A stretch of 59,691 nt of DNA, the filler included, from Barthelona sp. PAP020 (lineage: Eukaryota): the NCBI GenBank assembly GCA_040182905.1. It is 7 parts of 7 records of this genome, joined end to end, with 100 filler letters (N's around TTAATTAATTAA, not from the genome) between each part and the next. Parts side by side here need not be neighbours in the genome. Positions count along the whole stretch, not along the records: positions 1 to 8,496 come from JARQWU010000454.1; positions 8,597 to 17,074 come from JARQWU010000455.1; 5 more parts are not named here. One strand, given 5' to 3'. The notes below the pieces were generated by a model that had not been told where the DNA came from, ran no database searches, and was given only the letters and a program-made list of their open reading frames with translations. The translations under genes were made by a program, and so were the position numbers. This document shows, piece by piece, positions 1 to 10,387 of the stretch (the stretch's first letter is position 1; the number at the start of each line of letters is the position of its first letter).

Positions 1-930
1 ATGAGTGCTGCTGATAAAGCCAAGGAGGAAACAAAGAAAAAGAAACTTCAACAAGCTGAAGAAATGGCAAGATTGAATCAAAAGGAAGCAGAAAATAAAG
101 GTGATGATGATGATGATGAAAATGATGATGATGAAGTTGTTGCAAAGGAAATTGAAAGTAAGGTGGAAGAAGTTGTCGTTGAAGCTGAAGTTACAAAGGA
201 AGAAGAATCTGTTGAAACTACTTCTGTGAGTGAAATAATGCCTGTTGAAGAAGTTTCAGAAAACTCAATTCAAAATACCAATATTGTTGTTGAATCTTCC
301 AATATAACTGATAGCACAAGTGATAATGTTCCAGAAGAGACAAATGAAGTTGAAGTAACATCAAATATTAGTATTGAACCATTAAATGAAGTAAAAATTG
401 TTGAGTCAGATGAAAATGCTGTGTCTATCCCCGTTGAAAGCAAAATTGAACCTTCCATTGATATTTTAAAATTGGAAGAAAAAGAAGAGGTTGAAGAACC
501 TATTATTGAGGAAAAAAACGATTTTGAAGAAGAAACAGTTGATTCTACAATAATTCCAATTATTCATGAGCCAAATGAAATCAAAAATGAAGTAGTTATT
601 GAACAAAAGGAGAACGAGATTGAAAATCAAAATGAATCTGTTCAAAACGAAAGTTCCATTCCTGAAAATGATGAAATTGAACCAATTGTTGAAACCAATG
701 ATGAACCTGCTGAAGCTAATCAAATTAAAGAAATTGTGGAAATGAGTGAAACAATTGAAAATGTTGAATCAGTCGAAAATGAACAAGTGATCAAAGACAT
801 TGTTGAAGAAGAATCTTCAAACATTTTAATTGATGGATCTATTGAAAAAACCATTGAAACATCAGTTGCTTTTACTGTTGAAAGTGAAAAATCTGATGAT
901 TTTAATGAATCAATTGAAAAAACTGAATAA
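1..930 (+). CDS. Glu-rich low-complexity protein, probably the C-terminal part of a longer gene
   Basis: 309-codon ORF open from base 1; a basic/helical start is followed by an E/V/I/S-rich acidic tail; no recognisable domain. Confidence 0.6.
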   Translation: MSAADKAKEETKKKKLQQAEEMARLNQKEAENKGDDDDDENDDDEVVAKEIESKVEEVVVEAEVTKEEESVETTSVSEIMPVEEVSENSIQNTNIVVESSNITDSTSDNVPEETNEVEVTSNISIEPLNEVKIVESDENAVSIPVESKIEPSIDILKLEEKEEVEEPIIEEKNDFEEETVDSTIIPIIHEPNEIKNEVVIEQKENEIENQNESVQNESSIPENDEIEPIVETNDEPAEANQIKEIVEMSETIENVESVENEQVIKDIVEEESSNILIDGSIEKTIETSVAFTVESEKSDDFNESIEKTE

Positions 931-1107
931 TTGAAATGCTTGTAATTTATAAATTTTTTTTTAATCAATTTCTCTTTTTTTTTTTGATGATTTTATCAAC
1001 ATTAATCAAAAATTTTTGAAAGACAAAGTTCAATAAATAGAAATGTGCAAAATCGGATTTTTTTTCTGTCTTTGTTGATTTGAATTTTTTAAATATGTTT
1101 TGATTTG

Positions 1108-2865
1108 ATGAAACACAAAAATAGAATCATTATTCTTCTTGATATGGATTGTTTTTATTGTCAATGTGAAGAAATATTAAATCCAAATTTAAAAGGAAAA
1201 CCAATTGCCATTTTACAAAGATCAACAGCAATAACAACGAACTATGAAGCAAGATCAAGAGGAATGCCAAAAATAGCAAATTATGCAAAAGAATGGTTGA
1301 AAAAAATTCCAGATTTGCAGTTAATACCGTCTCAATTGAGAGAATATCGAAATGCTTCTAGAAATATATTTAATTATATAAAAGATAGAGTAAAAATAGT
1401 TGAAGTTGCATCAATTGATGAATGCTATTGGGATTTGACAGATACTGCTATTGAATATATTGAAGAAAATATGAATAATATTAATATAGACATAAATGTA
1501 TGCAATGTTCTAGGAAATGCAGATTTCTTTCAATATTCTCAAGAAGAAATTGAAGATTTGTGCAACAGAATAGTGAAGAATAAAAATTTTGAAGAGAATG
1601 TTGAAATAGATTTTGGATTATACATTGGCAGTATAATCTTAAAAAGAGTTAGAGAAGATTTGAAGAATGATCTTGGCTATTCCACAACTGGTGGTGTATG
1701 CGTGAATAAGACGTTAGCCAAACTTGCAGGAGGGATGAAAAAACCAGATAATCAAACAATAATATTTTCTTCTGCCATTATACCTTATTTACATAAATTA
1801 AATGTTAGAAAGGTTCCTTATATTGGTCCAGCTATGTACGAAAGATTAGAAGAGAATGGATGGAATACTGTTGCGGATGTTCACAAAATTTCACTTGATA
1901 TTTTACAAAATTTGTTTCCACACCGTGGTTTTTGGTTGTATAATCTTGTAAGAGGAATGGATGATGCACCAGTGAAAGAAAAAGGACCTCCTAAAACAAT
2001 AATGTCTGCAAAGAATGCACGTTATCACACAAATATTACTGATGTGTCGTTGGCGTTGATTCCTCTTTCACAAGAATTGTATCACCGAATTATGGTACAC
2101 TTTGAAATTTACAATCAATTGCCAAAGAAATTATCATTGTATGTTTCTTTTTTGGGAAGTAAAATGGTAAATCATTCAACTTTAATTATTGTTGATAAGG
2201 AGACCTTTAATTTTAATTTTATTCACGGATTAGCATTTGATTTATTTTTTGCTAATTATTCTACTTTGAAAGAATTTAAAATTAGGTCATTAGGAATAGC
2301 CGTTGGTAATTTTGAAACACCTTTGCAAACACAAAAGATTCGGAATTGGTTTTCAAAAGAAGACTTTGAAGCACAAGATCAAGAAACAAAAAGAGAACCT
2401 TCAATTGATGGTGTTGAAGCAAGATTTTTGGAAAAAAAAATTGCTTTGAAGCAAACTAAAAATGATATTATCCCCAAAACAGATAGCGATGTGGATAAAA
2501 ATACGAACAATGCACATACAATTAAAAAATTTTTTGAAGCGAAAAATAAGGGCATTTTTTCAAATGAAGAATTTGAAAAAAAAAAAGATGATGAATTTGA
2601 CAGTTTTATTCAATGTGAAAACTGTGGTGAAATTATTTTAGAAAAGGATTTATCAAATCACATTCTTAAATTTCATATGGAAAACAGTTCAACATGTTCA
2701 ATAAAATCAAATCAACCCACAAAAGAAGAAATTTTTGTGCAAAGAGAAAAATATACAAAAGTTAAAAAAACCAAATCAAAAAATTCAAAAAAATTGAAAA
2801 ATTTTGAAAAAAAAGTGAAAAAAAATCAAAAATCAATGTTCGAATTCATTGGAAATGACAATTAA
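1108..2865 (+). CDS. POLH: Y-family translesion DNA polymerase (pol eta/iota-like)
   Basis: Motifs LDMDCFYCQCE, NYEAR, ASIDECY and NKTLAKLAGGMKKPDNQT; C-terminal UBZ-type finger CENC-x11-H-x4-H; PIP-like QKSMFEFI. First ATG at 1108. Eta versus iota is not certain. Confidence 0.85.
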   Translation: MKHKNRIIILLDMDCFYCQCEEILNPNLKGKPIAILQRSTAITTNYEARSRGMPKIANYAKEWLKKIPDLQLIPSQLREYRNASRNIFNYIKDRVKIVEVASIDECYWDLTDTAIEYIEENMNNINIDINVCNVLGNADFFQYSQEEIEDLCNRIVKNKNFEENVEIDFGLYIGSIILKRVREDLKNDLGYSTTGGVCVNKTLAKLAGGMKKPDNQTIIFSSAIIPYLHKLNVRKVPYIGPAMYERLEENGWNTVADVHKISLDILQNLFPHRGFWLYNLVRGMDDAPVKEKGPPKTIMSAKNARYHTNITDVSLALIPLSQELYHRIMVHFEIYNQLPKKLSLYVSFLGSKMVNHSTLIIVDKETFNFNFIHGLAFDLFFANYSTLKEFKIRSLGIAVGNFETPLQTQKIRNWFSKEDFEAQDQETKREPSIDGVEARFLEKKIALKQTKNDIIPKTDSDVDKNTNNAHTIKKFFEAKNKGIFSNEEFEKKKDDEFDSFIQCENCGEIILEKDLSNHILKFHMENSSTCSIKSNQPTKEEIFVQREKYTKVKKTKSKNSKKLKNFEKKVKKNQKSMFEFIGNDN

Positions 2866-3401
2866 TTGTTGTTTCACACATATTTCCGTTTTGAGCAGGA
2901 TATAGGTTAATTACAATCCAACAAGACTGAACAAGAAGGATTAGTGTTTTTTTAGTGTGAGACTTTCGAGACCCGATTGATTTGTTCAAACTTTAAAATT
3001 TTGCTTTTGCCAAATTCAAAGAACCAGGGGAAAATAAATTTTCAATCCTTCAATTCCCTCACCCCTAATTTTTTGACGAAAATTTTCTTGAATAAATTTT
3101 CAACAATTTTCTCTGTAAATATATACAGTTGTTTTACAATTAAACCAAAACTTTTTTTCTTCGCAAAGAAAAAACTGCTGACATTTATTAATTTTTTAAA
3201 ATTTAATTATACAATTGATTAAAACCATAAAAATGTTGACAACTAATTCTTTTTCATTGTTTTATTTTATCAAATTTTTGTTTTTACATATTTACCTAAT
3301 TGAACACACATTTGAGGATATAAAAAGAAAACATATAAAAAAGTTAAAAACCCCTGAAAATAAGAAGGTGAAAACCACACATTTGAAGTGGAAATAGAAA
3401 A

Positions 3402-3722
3402 TCATTGATACATTTTGCCTAAAGAATAGTTTATGTATAAAACTCCATGTTCATGATAACACATAAATAAATTTCCAATCCTTTCATTCTTATTTGGTTC
3501 AAAAATGTCTGATACATATAAAAATAGATTTTTACCACTTTCTTCGATATGTTTTTGAAAGGAAGGCTTTAATTTTTGATATAAATCATTTATGGTATGA
3601 TTTTTATCCATATTAAATTTGTTTTTTGGATAAATCGGAGTTGAACCAACAGCATTCAAATGAACTCGTACCTTAGATTCTTCATTAAATAATTTCAATT
3701 TCTTTTCTGGTGGTAAATCCAT
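3402..3722 (-). CDS. ATG12: ATG12 ubiquitin-like autophagy protein lacking the terminal Gly
   Basis: KVRVHLNAVGSTPI...LFLYVSDIFEP...IGNLFMCY...LYINYS follows the ATG12 pattern; ends YSLGKMYQ*. Confidence 0.85.
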   Translation of the reverse strand: MDLPPEKKLKLFNEESKVRVHLNAVGSTPIYPKNKFNMDKNHTINDLYQKLKPSFQKHIEESGKNLFLYVSDIFEPNKNERIGNLFMCYHEHGVLYINYSLGKMYQ

Positions 3723-3941
3723 TGGGACTAATCAAAATAAAAATTACAAAAAAACAAATTTGAACATTCAAAAAATAATAGGTTTTTTTATTGATAAAAT
3801 GAGTAAATGACCAAAATAAAAACTATTTGTTTGAAAATATGATAAAAAAGATAAAATTTGTAAAATTTATAATCGAAACATAAATTTCGAGAAATTTATC
3901 AAAATTTTAGAGGATTCATTCATCAATTTTTTTTACCAAAT

Positions 3942-4493
3942 ATGGCAATTTCAAGAGATACTCATCACAAAAGAAAACTTTCCGGTGGAAGACGTATGGC
4001 ATGGAGAGATAAGCGTCGTTATCAAAAGGGTCGTGCTCCTTCTATGACTAAGTTGATCACTTCCAAGGATCAAAAGCCTAGAATTCGTGTTGTCCGTACC
4101 AGAGGTGGCAATCAAAAGTTCCGTGCTCTTCGTCTTTCTACTGGTAACTTTGCTTGGGGTTCTGAAAACTGCACCCGTAATGTTCGTATTATTCAAGTCG
4201 TTTTTAATGCTACTTCCAATGGTTTGGTTCGTACCAACACTTTGGTCAAGGGTTGCATTGTCCAATTGGATGCCACCAGTTATCGTGCTCATTTTGCCCA
4301 AAAATACGGTATTGAACTTAAACGTGATTCTGATTTCAAGAATTTAAAGGTTCCTGCCCCTATTGCTGAACAATTAGCTTCTGGTCGTATTCTTGCCTGC
4401 ATTTCTTCCAGACCTGGTCAATGTGGACGTGCTGATGGTTATATTTTAGAAGGTGATGAACTCCAATTCTATCAACGTCATCTCAAGCACTAA
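3942..4493 (+). CDS. RPS8: 40S ribosomal protein eS8
   Basis: MAISRDTHHKR...VRTRGGNQKFRALRL...ACISSRPGQCGRADGYILEG; strong codon bias. Confidence 0.98.
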   Translation: MAISRDTHHKRKLSGGRRMAWRDKRRYQKGRAPSMTKLITSKDQKPRIRVVRTRGGNQKFRALRLSTGNFAWGSENCTRNVRIIQVVFNATSNGLVRTNTLVKGCIVQLDATSYRAHFAQKYGIELKRDSDFKNLKVPAPIAEQLASGRILACISSRPGQCGRADGYILEGDELQFYQRHLKH

Positions 4494-4789
4494 ACTTATT
4501 AGTTTATTTTGATAAATCCATCTCTTGAATTTTTTTTTATTTTTTACAATAAAAAGCATTTGAACAGTCCTCTCTTTCATTTATATGATTAATTTGATTT
4601 GAAAGTCAAAAATTGAAAGAGAGATAGAAAGTAATACATTTCTTCCTTAACCATATAATTGAATGAAAAGAAAAATTTAATTTATGGGAGTATCATCTTG
4701 CCAAAATATGGAATTGCATGAAAAAAAAAAAAGGACAAGGAAAGTTATTTTCCACCATGAATGAAATAAATTTTAAAAATTATTTTTTC

Positions 4790-6235
4790 ATGCCTCAACC
4801 CGAGAAAAAACAGCCAGAAATTCGCAGCAATAACAATAACTGGGTTCATTTTGAACATTCTTTTGTTGATAGAGTCAGATCTGATGTTGAACCTTATCCT
4901 ATCAGAAGGTTGCATGGAAAAGATCTTTTTGATTCAAATAATTTACCTATTTTAGAAAATGTGAGGGAGCATTTGCGAAAAGAAGGAACTCTTTTGGAGT
5001 CAGATGTTATTTCTATTTGTCAAAGAGCAGGGAATTTATTCAGAATGGAACCTAATGTTGTTACTGTTTCTGGACCTGTTAATATATGTGGGGATATTCA
5101 TGGACAATATTATGATTTATTGAATATTTTTGAAAACTGTGGTGACGTTTCCCCTGAAAAGAAATATTTATTTTTAGGAGATTACGTTGATAGAGGAATG
5201 TTTTCCACTCAAGTTTTGATTTATTTATTATGTATAAAAATTAAGTATCCAACACAATTGTTTATGTTGAGAGGAAATCATGAATGTCGACAAATGACAG
5301 CATATTTTAATTTTGAAAAAGAATGCCTGGTTAAATATTCTGCTGGAACATATGAGGCTTTTTGTGATTTTTTCCAAACATTACCTCTTTGTGCTGTTGT
5401 TGACAACCATTTCTTTTGCGTTCATGGAGGTTTAAGTCCCCATATTAAAGTGGTTGAAGATATTCAACGAATTAATAGATTTATAGAGCCTCAAGATAGA
5501 GGTGCCATGTGCGATTTACTATGGGCTGATCCAGCTGATTTTTCACATGATTTTTCGGATAATCTTCAACGTGGTTGTTCAGTTTATTTTGGATTTGCTG
5601 CTGCTAAGAATTTCTTGGACCGCAATAAGTTTGTTTCCATCATTCGAGCCCATGAAGCACAAGATCAAGGATATAAAACCCACAAACAACATCCTAAACT
5701 GCATTTTCCCACAGTTATTACTTTGTTTTCTGCACCAAATTATATGGACACCTACAAAAATAAAGGAGCTGTGCTTATGGTTTCTCAACAAAAAGTTCGT
5801 TTCAAACAACTGAATAATGTGGCGCATCCATATTGGTTGCCTTCTTTTTTGGATGTGTTTAGCTGGTCAATTCCTTTTGCAGCTGAATCAGTGATTCATA
5901 TAATGTTAACGTTATTGAAGAGGAGTGAGGAATTTGAAATCACGATTCAAGAACGTGAAAGATGGAGGCAAAAAGTTATTGCTTATACGAAATTGGCGGC
6001 TCATGTATCTCAAATTTCAAAAACAAACACTGAATTGGCTGAAATAGGACCCATAGCAGACAGCCATAACTTTGATAGTTCAGAAATTACCGATGGTAAT
6101 ATTTTGGATGTTGCCAATGCTGACAGAATCAATGAAATGCATCCTAATCACATCACAGATTTGAATCATTTGCCGGATTCTTCTTATGAAGTTAATGCTG
6201 AAAAACAACCTGAAGAAATAGATTTTGATGTTTAA
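4790..6235 (+). CDS. CNA1: Calcineurin A (PP2B catalytic subunit)
   Basis: PPP motifs GDIHG, GDYVDRG, RGNHE and LFSAPNY; CnB-binding HPYWLPSFLDVFSWSIPF; autoinhibitory-like DRINE. Start could also be an upstream in-frame ATG (ORF opens at 4718). Confidence 0.95.
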   Translation: MPQPEKKQPEIRSNNNNWVHFEHSFVDRVRSDVEPYPIRRLHGKDLFDSNNLPILENVREHLRKEGTLLESDVISICQRAGNLFRMEPNVVTVSGPVNICGDIHGQYYDLLNIFENCGDVSPEKKYLFLGDYVDRGMFSTQVLIYLLCIKIKYPTQLFMLRGNHECRQMTAYFNFEKECLVKYSAGTYEAFCDFFQTLPLCAVVDNHFFCVHGGLSPHIKVVEDIQRINRFIEPQDRGAMCDLLWADPADFSHDFSDNLQRGCSVYFGFAAAKNFLDRNKFVSIIRAHEAQDQGYKTHKQHPKLHFPTVITLFSAPNYMDTYKNKGAVLMVSQQKVRFKQLNNVAHPYWLPSFLDVFSWSIPFAAESVIHIMLTLLKRSEEFEITIQERERWRQKVIAYTKLAAHVSQISKTNTELAEIGPIADSHNFDSSEITDGNILDVANADRINEMHPNHITDLNHLPDSSYEVNAEKQPEEIDFDV

Positions 6236-6302
6236 TTAGATAATGTAATTCATGTTGATAAATTCCTTGTAGATTTTTTTTTTCGTTGAAACCTTGGTCA
6301 AC

Positions 6303-7127
6303 ATGAAAGAAGGCACGAGAAAGTCATCTTCAAATGATGAATCAGCTCAAGATGATAACAATTTTCCACCCATACAAATAATCATTGAAAAATTACGAAT
6401 TTTTATCAATCAAAATCAAGATAAGGATAAGATTCAATTAAATCAAATCACTCAACATTTAAAAGACAAATTAGATTTTGATTTCAATTCAAATATCGAA
6501 ACAAAAAAATTAATCAAATATTTAACATTGTATTTAACAAATTTTGAACCTAATGTTGACGTAGGTTCACACAAATTACCTTCTAAACCTGAAAAAAAAA
6601 AACGTAACAGAAATCCTGATAGTAAAACTCCTTTTCAAGAGAAAGTTCCTCTTTCGTCAATTGCTCAGGAATTTTTTGGTGTTGAATCAATTGCTAGAAC
6701 AACTGCCACGAAAGAAGTTTGGAATTATATAAAAGATAACAAACTACAAAACCCCAAGGACAAAAGATTCATTCAATGTGATAGTAAACTGGAAAAATTG
6801 TTGGGAACAAATGAAATACATATGTTTACGATGCAAAAAGAATTGAATAAGCATTATTTGGCAAAAAAGAAAAAAACAAAAGCAATTGAAAAAAATTCAG
6901 ACCCAGCACAAAACATTGAAGCTAACAATTTAAAAGAAAAGGAAACTAATCAAAAAAATAAAGGTGATAAAGAATTGACCCGAATTTCAAATGAATTACC
7001 CGAAAACACAAATTTAGGGGAGAAAAAAGCTCCAGTTCTTGAATCTAACAATATAGTAAAGGATACAAATTCAGATACGAAGAAATCAAAAACAAAAAAG
7101 AAAAAAAGAAAAGGAATTTTCAATTGA
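6303..7127 (+). CDS. SWIB/MDM2-domain protein (UAF30/TRI1-like)
   Basis: ARTTATKEVWNYIKDNKLQNPKDKRFIQCDSKLEKLLG...MFTMQKELNKH is a SWIB domain; the N-terminal helical region could be DEK-C. Confidence 0.85.
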   Translation: MKEGTRKSSSNDESAQDDNNFPPIQIIIEKLRIFINQNQDKDKIQLNQITQHLKDKLDFDFNSNIETKKLIKYLTLYLTNFEPNVDVGSHKLPSKPEKKKRNRNPDSKTPFQEKVPLSSIAQEFFGVESIARTTATKEVWNYIKDNKLQNPKDKRFIQCDSKLEKLLGTNEIHMFTMQKELNKHYLAKKKKTKAIEKNSDPAQNIEANNLKEKETNQKNKGDKELTRISNELPENTNLGEKKAPVLESNNIVKDTNSDTKKSKTKKKKRKGIFN

Positions 7128-7419
7128 GAAAGTTGTAAAAAGAATAGTCATCGTGTTTTGTTTTTAATAACAGCAGATGTTGTTTTTTCAAAACAACATT
7201 GTCCTATTTATTTATTCTTGCTTTTTTTTTTTTGTCGTCGATTAAAATTTCTTAAATTAATGGAAATTTAAACGAAATTTTTAAACAAAATCAATCTTTA
7301 TATCTGACGATATTTGAATACTAATCAATAAATTTCAAAATTGTGATGAAAATCAAGAAGTTGGAAAAATTTGCAAACTTTTTATTCATTAATTTTTTTT
7401 TTGTAACTTTTGTATACAG

Positions 7420-8496
7420 ATGGATAGTAGTGAGTTTGCACCCATTGTTCTTGATAACGGTTCTGGTCAAATCAAAGCCGGTTTTGCTTTAGAAGACACC
7501 CCCACTTGTGTTTTCCCTTCAATTGTTGGTCGTCCTAAAGTTAATAAGAATGATATCATTCCCGGTTCTGCTGCCGATGCTGAAACTTTGTATGTTGGTG
7601 ACCGCGCTTTAGCTTCTTCCGGTATTTTAAAGATTTCTTATCCCATTGAATCTGGTATTGTCACTAACTGGCAAGACATGCAAGCTGTTTGGAAATATAC
7701 CTTTGATAATCAATTACGTGTTGATCCTCAAAACTACAAGGTTTTATTGACTGAAGCTCCCAGAAATCCCCGTCAAAACCGTCAACATATGGTTGAAATC
7801 ATGTTTGATGAATTCCAAGTTGATAGTTGCTATGTTCAAACTCAAGCTATTTTGGCTCTTTACTCTCAAGGTTTGGTTACTGGTTGTATTTTCGATTCCG
7901 GTGATGGTGTTTCTCATACCATTCCTATTTATGAAGGTTTCATTCTCAATCAAGCTATTATGCGTCTTAACTTGGCTGGTCGTTCCATTACCAACTATCT
8001 TAAGGAATTGCTCATGGAAGAAGATTGGAATGCTGAAACTTCTTCTCAACTTCAACATGTTCGTAGAATGAAGGAACAACATGCTTATGTTGCCCTTGAT
8101 TATGAAGAAGAACTTAAGAAGGCTGAAAGTTCTTCTGAATTGAAGGAAGAATATGAACTTCCCGATGGTACCGTTGTTTCTATGAACAAGTGCCGTTTCT
8201 GCTGTGCTGAAGCTTTGTTCAAGCCTCATTTGGTTCATAAGGAAGATGTTGGTATTCATGAACAAATTTTCCAAGCTATTGGAAGAACTGAATTCGATAT
8301 TCGTCCTTCTCTTTACAAGAACATTATTCTTTCTGGTGGTACTACTATGTTCAAGAACATTGAAGTTCGTCTTGAAAGAGAAATTACCAATCTTGCTCCT
8401 GCTTCTGCCAAGGTTCGCGTTGATGCTCCTCGTGATCGTCGTTTCGCTGTCTGGTTAGGTGGTGCTGTTATGGCTGGTCTTGAATCCTTCAATAAC
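7420..8496 (+). CDS. Divergent actin / actin-related protein, 3'-truncated by contig end
   Basis: IVLDNGSG, FPSIVGRP, LLTEAP, DSGDGVSH, YELPDG, ILSGGTTMF; runs into the N linker. Confidence 0.93.
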
Positions 8497-8596
8497 NNNN
8501 NNNNNNNNNNNNNNNNNNNNNNNNNNNNNNNNNNNNNNNNTTAATTAATTAANNNNNNNNNNNNNNNNNNNNNNNNNNNNNNNNNNNNNNNNNNNN
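8497..8596. other. Artificial contig linker
   Basis: N44-TTAATTAATTAA-N44, with stops in all six frames; the same linker recurs six times. Confidence 0.99.
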
Positions 8597-8682
8597 AGAA
8601 TAAAGATTAAGGTTTATTATTTATTAGTCAACTGAGATTTCCCAGTCTCTAATTTGGGAAAGTTCTGGAAAAGGTTCGTACA
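8597..8682 (+). repeat. Dispersed repeat family A, copy 1 (contig end; possible LTR 3' end)
   Basis: Highly similar to the reverse complement of 53893-53976 (shared TCAACTGAGAT...GGAAAGTTCTGGAAAAGGTTCGTACA). Confidence 0.85.
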
Positions 8683-8804
8683 AGAAGAAAAATAAAATAA
8701 AATTATGTTTAAAAATAACTATTAAACAAGAAATGAATAAATTTTACAAACAAAGCACTTAAAATACAATAAAAATGCGAAAAAAGAAGAATAAACCATA
8801 TTTT

Positions 8805-10286
8805 TCATTCTATTTTTTGTTTAACAGACCTATTCTTGAACAATTGAATAAATTTAACAATGTCATCTTTATTCAACAAATAAATAATCGCTAAATTAAG
8901 CAATTGAATACCGACCGTTGCTAACAAACAATTTTTAATGTGAAAATGATAAACTCTTGAACTCAAAATAAATAAAGCACAAAATGACAATGAAGCAGGC
9001 ATGGATGGTAACAATTTAAAAAACAAATTGATTTTTAGACTCTTTTTAATGAAATAAAAATTAAAAACTAATCGTATCATACAATTGCTCATAGAAGCAT
9101 ATATCAAACCTAAAAGACCAAAAGAACGAATAAATATACGCGCAAATATTACAATAAACACACCCATTATTGGAGAAGCAATCAATTGAATTTTGGAATC
9201 TGTTACTGCTGATGCTATTGCTTCTATCAAACCGTTAACAGTAAAAAGAAGGTATAAAAGCGAAAATACTATGAAAGTATTGTAAGTTAACGGTAAATCT
9301 TCTTTGTTAACTCCTAAAATAGGCAAAAATTGATAACCAAATGAAAGAATTCCTAAAACCAAAGTCAAAGCCCATCTACAGGTAACAGCAAAAATTACTT
9401 TAAATTGGTCAATATTTTGACTGACAAAAGATTGGTCTTTTTGATTGTTTTTCATTTTAAAAACAGCAAAATTGTAATGAACTAATTCCTCAATTGGACC
9501 ATTAATTAGCTGTAAAAAATATCCAAATAAATTATTAATTAAAGCAAAAATACCTTGTTCTTTTTCATTGATAAACAATATTGCTGCAATTTGTTCAAAA
9601 TATCCAAATAATAAATCAAAAATTGATTTAAAGAAATGATAAAGAGTATCTTTCAAAATCATCCGTTTTCCTGCTTTTTCAATCCTGTTTCCAGTGAAAA
9701 ATTCAATCAATGATACATTTTTCAAAGTAATTAAGAAATATCCAATAAAGATGGTCAAACTATATATTATTTGAGCAATAATAAAGCTTTTAACCCCTAA
9801 CTTTTTGATTAACAAAACAAAAGTTACAAATGTCTTTGAAACATTTGCACAAAATTCAATTATGGAACGATATTTATAATTACAGCATGATTGATGTAAT
9901 AAAAAGAAAGGTTCACTCAATATCTCCAAAAAAATAGCAAAAGATATGAAGTTCAAGTTGGTAACATCTAAATTTGGATTAATACGTTTAAATATAATTC
10001 TAGAACCAAATAATATAATACATCCAAATGGTAATATTGTAAATATTGTATTAGAGGGATAATTCCATCTTAAATACTTGGATTCTTTGGAAAATTTGGC
10101 ATGGCTTTTACGAAAACAGATTCTTATTAAAAATAATGTTGTTTGTAATTGAGTTAATAATTGAACGTTAAATATTCCAAAATCTTCAATACTTGTTAAT
10201 CTAGTAGAAAACAATCCAAATAAAGTTGTAAATATTTTGGCTAATAATTGGAAACCTACAATATAAATCAAACCAGATATATTCAT
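8805..10286 (-). CDS. RFT1: RFT1-like Man5GlcNAc2-PP-dolichol translocation protein (MOP superfamily)
   Basis: Polytopic membrane protein; FGIFNVQL..T.LFLIRICFR, FLEILSEPF, EQGIFALINNLFG..L.LI.GPIEE and NGLIEA match remembered RFT1 blocks. Confidence 0.85.
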   Translation of the reverse strand: MNISGLIYIVGFQLLAKIFTTLFGLFSTRLTSIEDFGIFNVQLLTQLQTTLFLIRICFRKSHAKFSKESKYLRWNYPSNTIFTILPFGCIILFGSRIIFKRINPNLDVTNLNFISFAIFLEILSEPFFLLHQSCCNYKYRSIIEFCANVSKTFVTFVLLIKKLGVKSFIIAQIIYSLTIFIGYFLITLKNVSLIEFFTGNRIEKAGKRMILKDTLYHFFKSIFDLLFGYFEQIAAILFINEKEQGIFALINNLFGYFLQLINGPIEELVHYNFAVFKMKNNQKDQSFVSQNIDQFKVIFAVTCRWALTLVLGILSFGYQFLPILGVNKEDLPLTYNTFIVFSLLYLLFTVNGLIEAIASAVTDSKIQLIASPIMGVFIVIFARIFIRSFGLLGLIYASMSNCMIRLVFNFYFIKKSLKINLFFKLLPSMPASLSFCALFILSSRVYHFHIKNCLLATVGIQLLNLAIIYLLNKDDIVKFIQLFKNRSVKQKIE

Positions 10287-10387
10287 ATTTAATTATTAAA
10301 AAAAAAATCCTTCACAGATTTTTTTGGGTGAATATTTTTTGAACCCTTCATTATTATTTAATTTTTTTTGAATGAATTAAATGATAA

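Noticed and set aside
101..135. (GAT)n microsatellite
   Set aside because: It simply encodes a poly-Asp tract within the ORF.
2870..2975. Slightly GC-richer intergenic patch as a possible small RNA
   Set aside because: No tRNA cloverleaf, snoRNA boxes or convincing stem could be identified.
8541..8552. TTAATTAATTAA palindrome recurring about every 8.5 kb as a biological periodic repeat
   Set aside because: It is always embedded in N runs; it is a six-frame-stop concatenation spacer.
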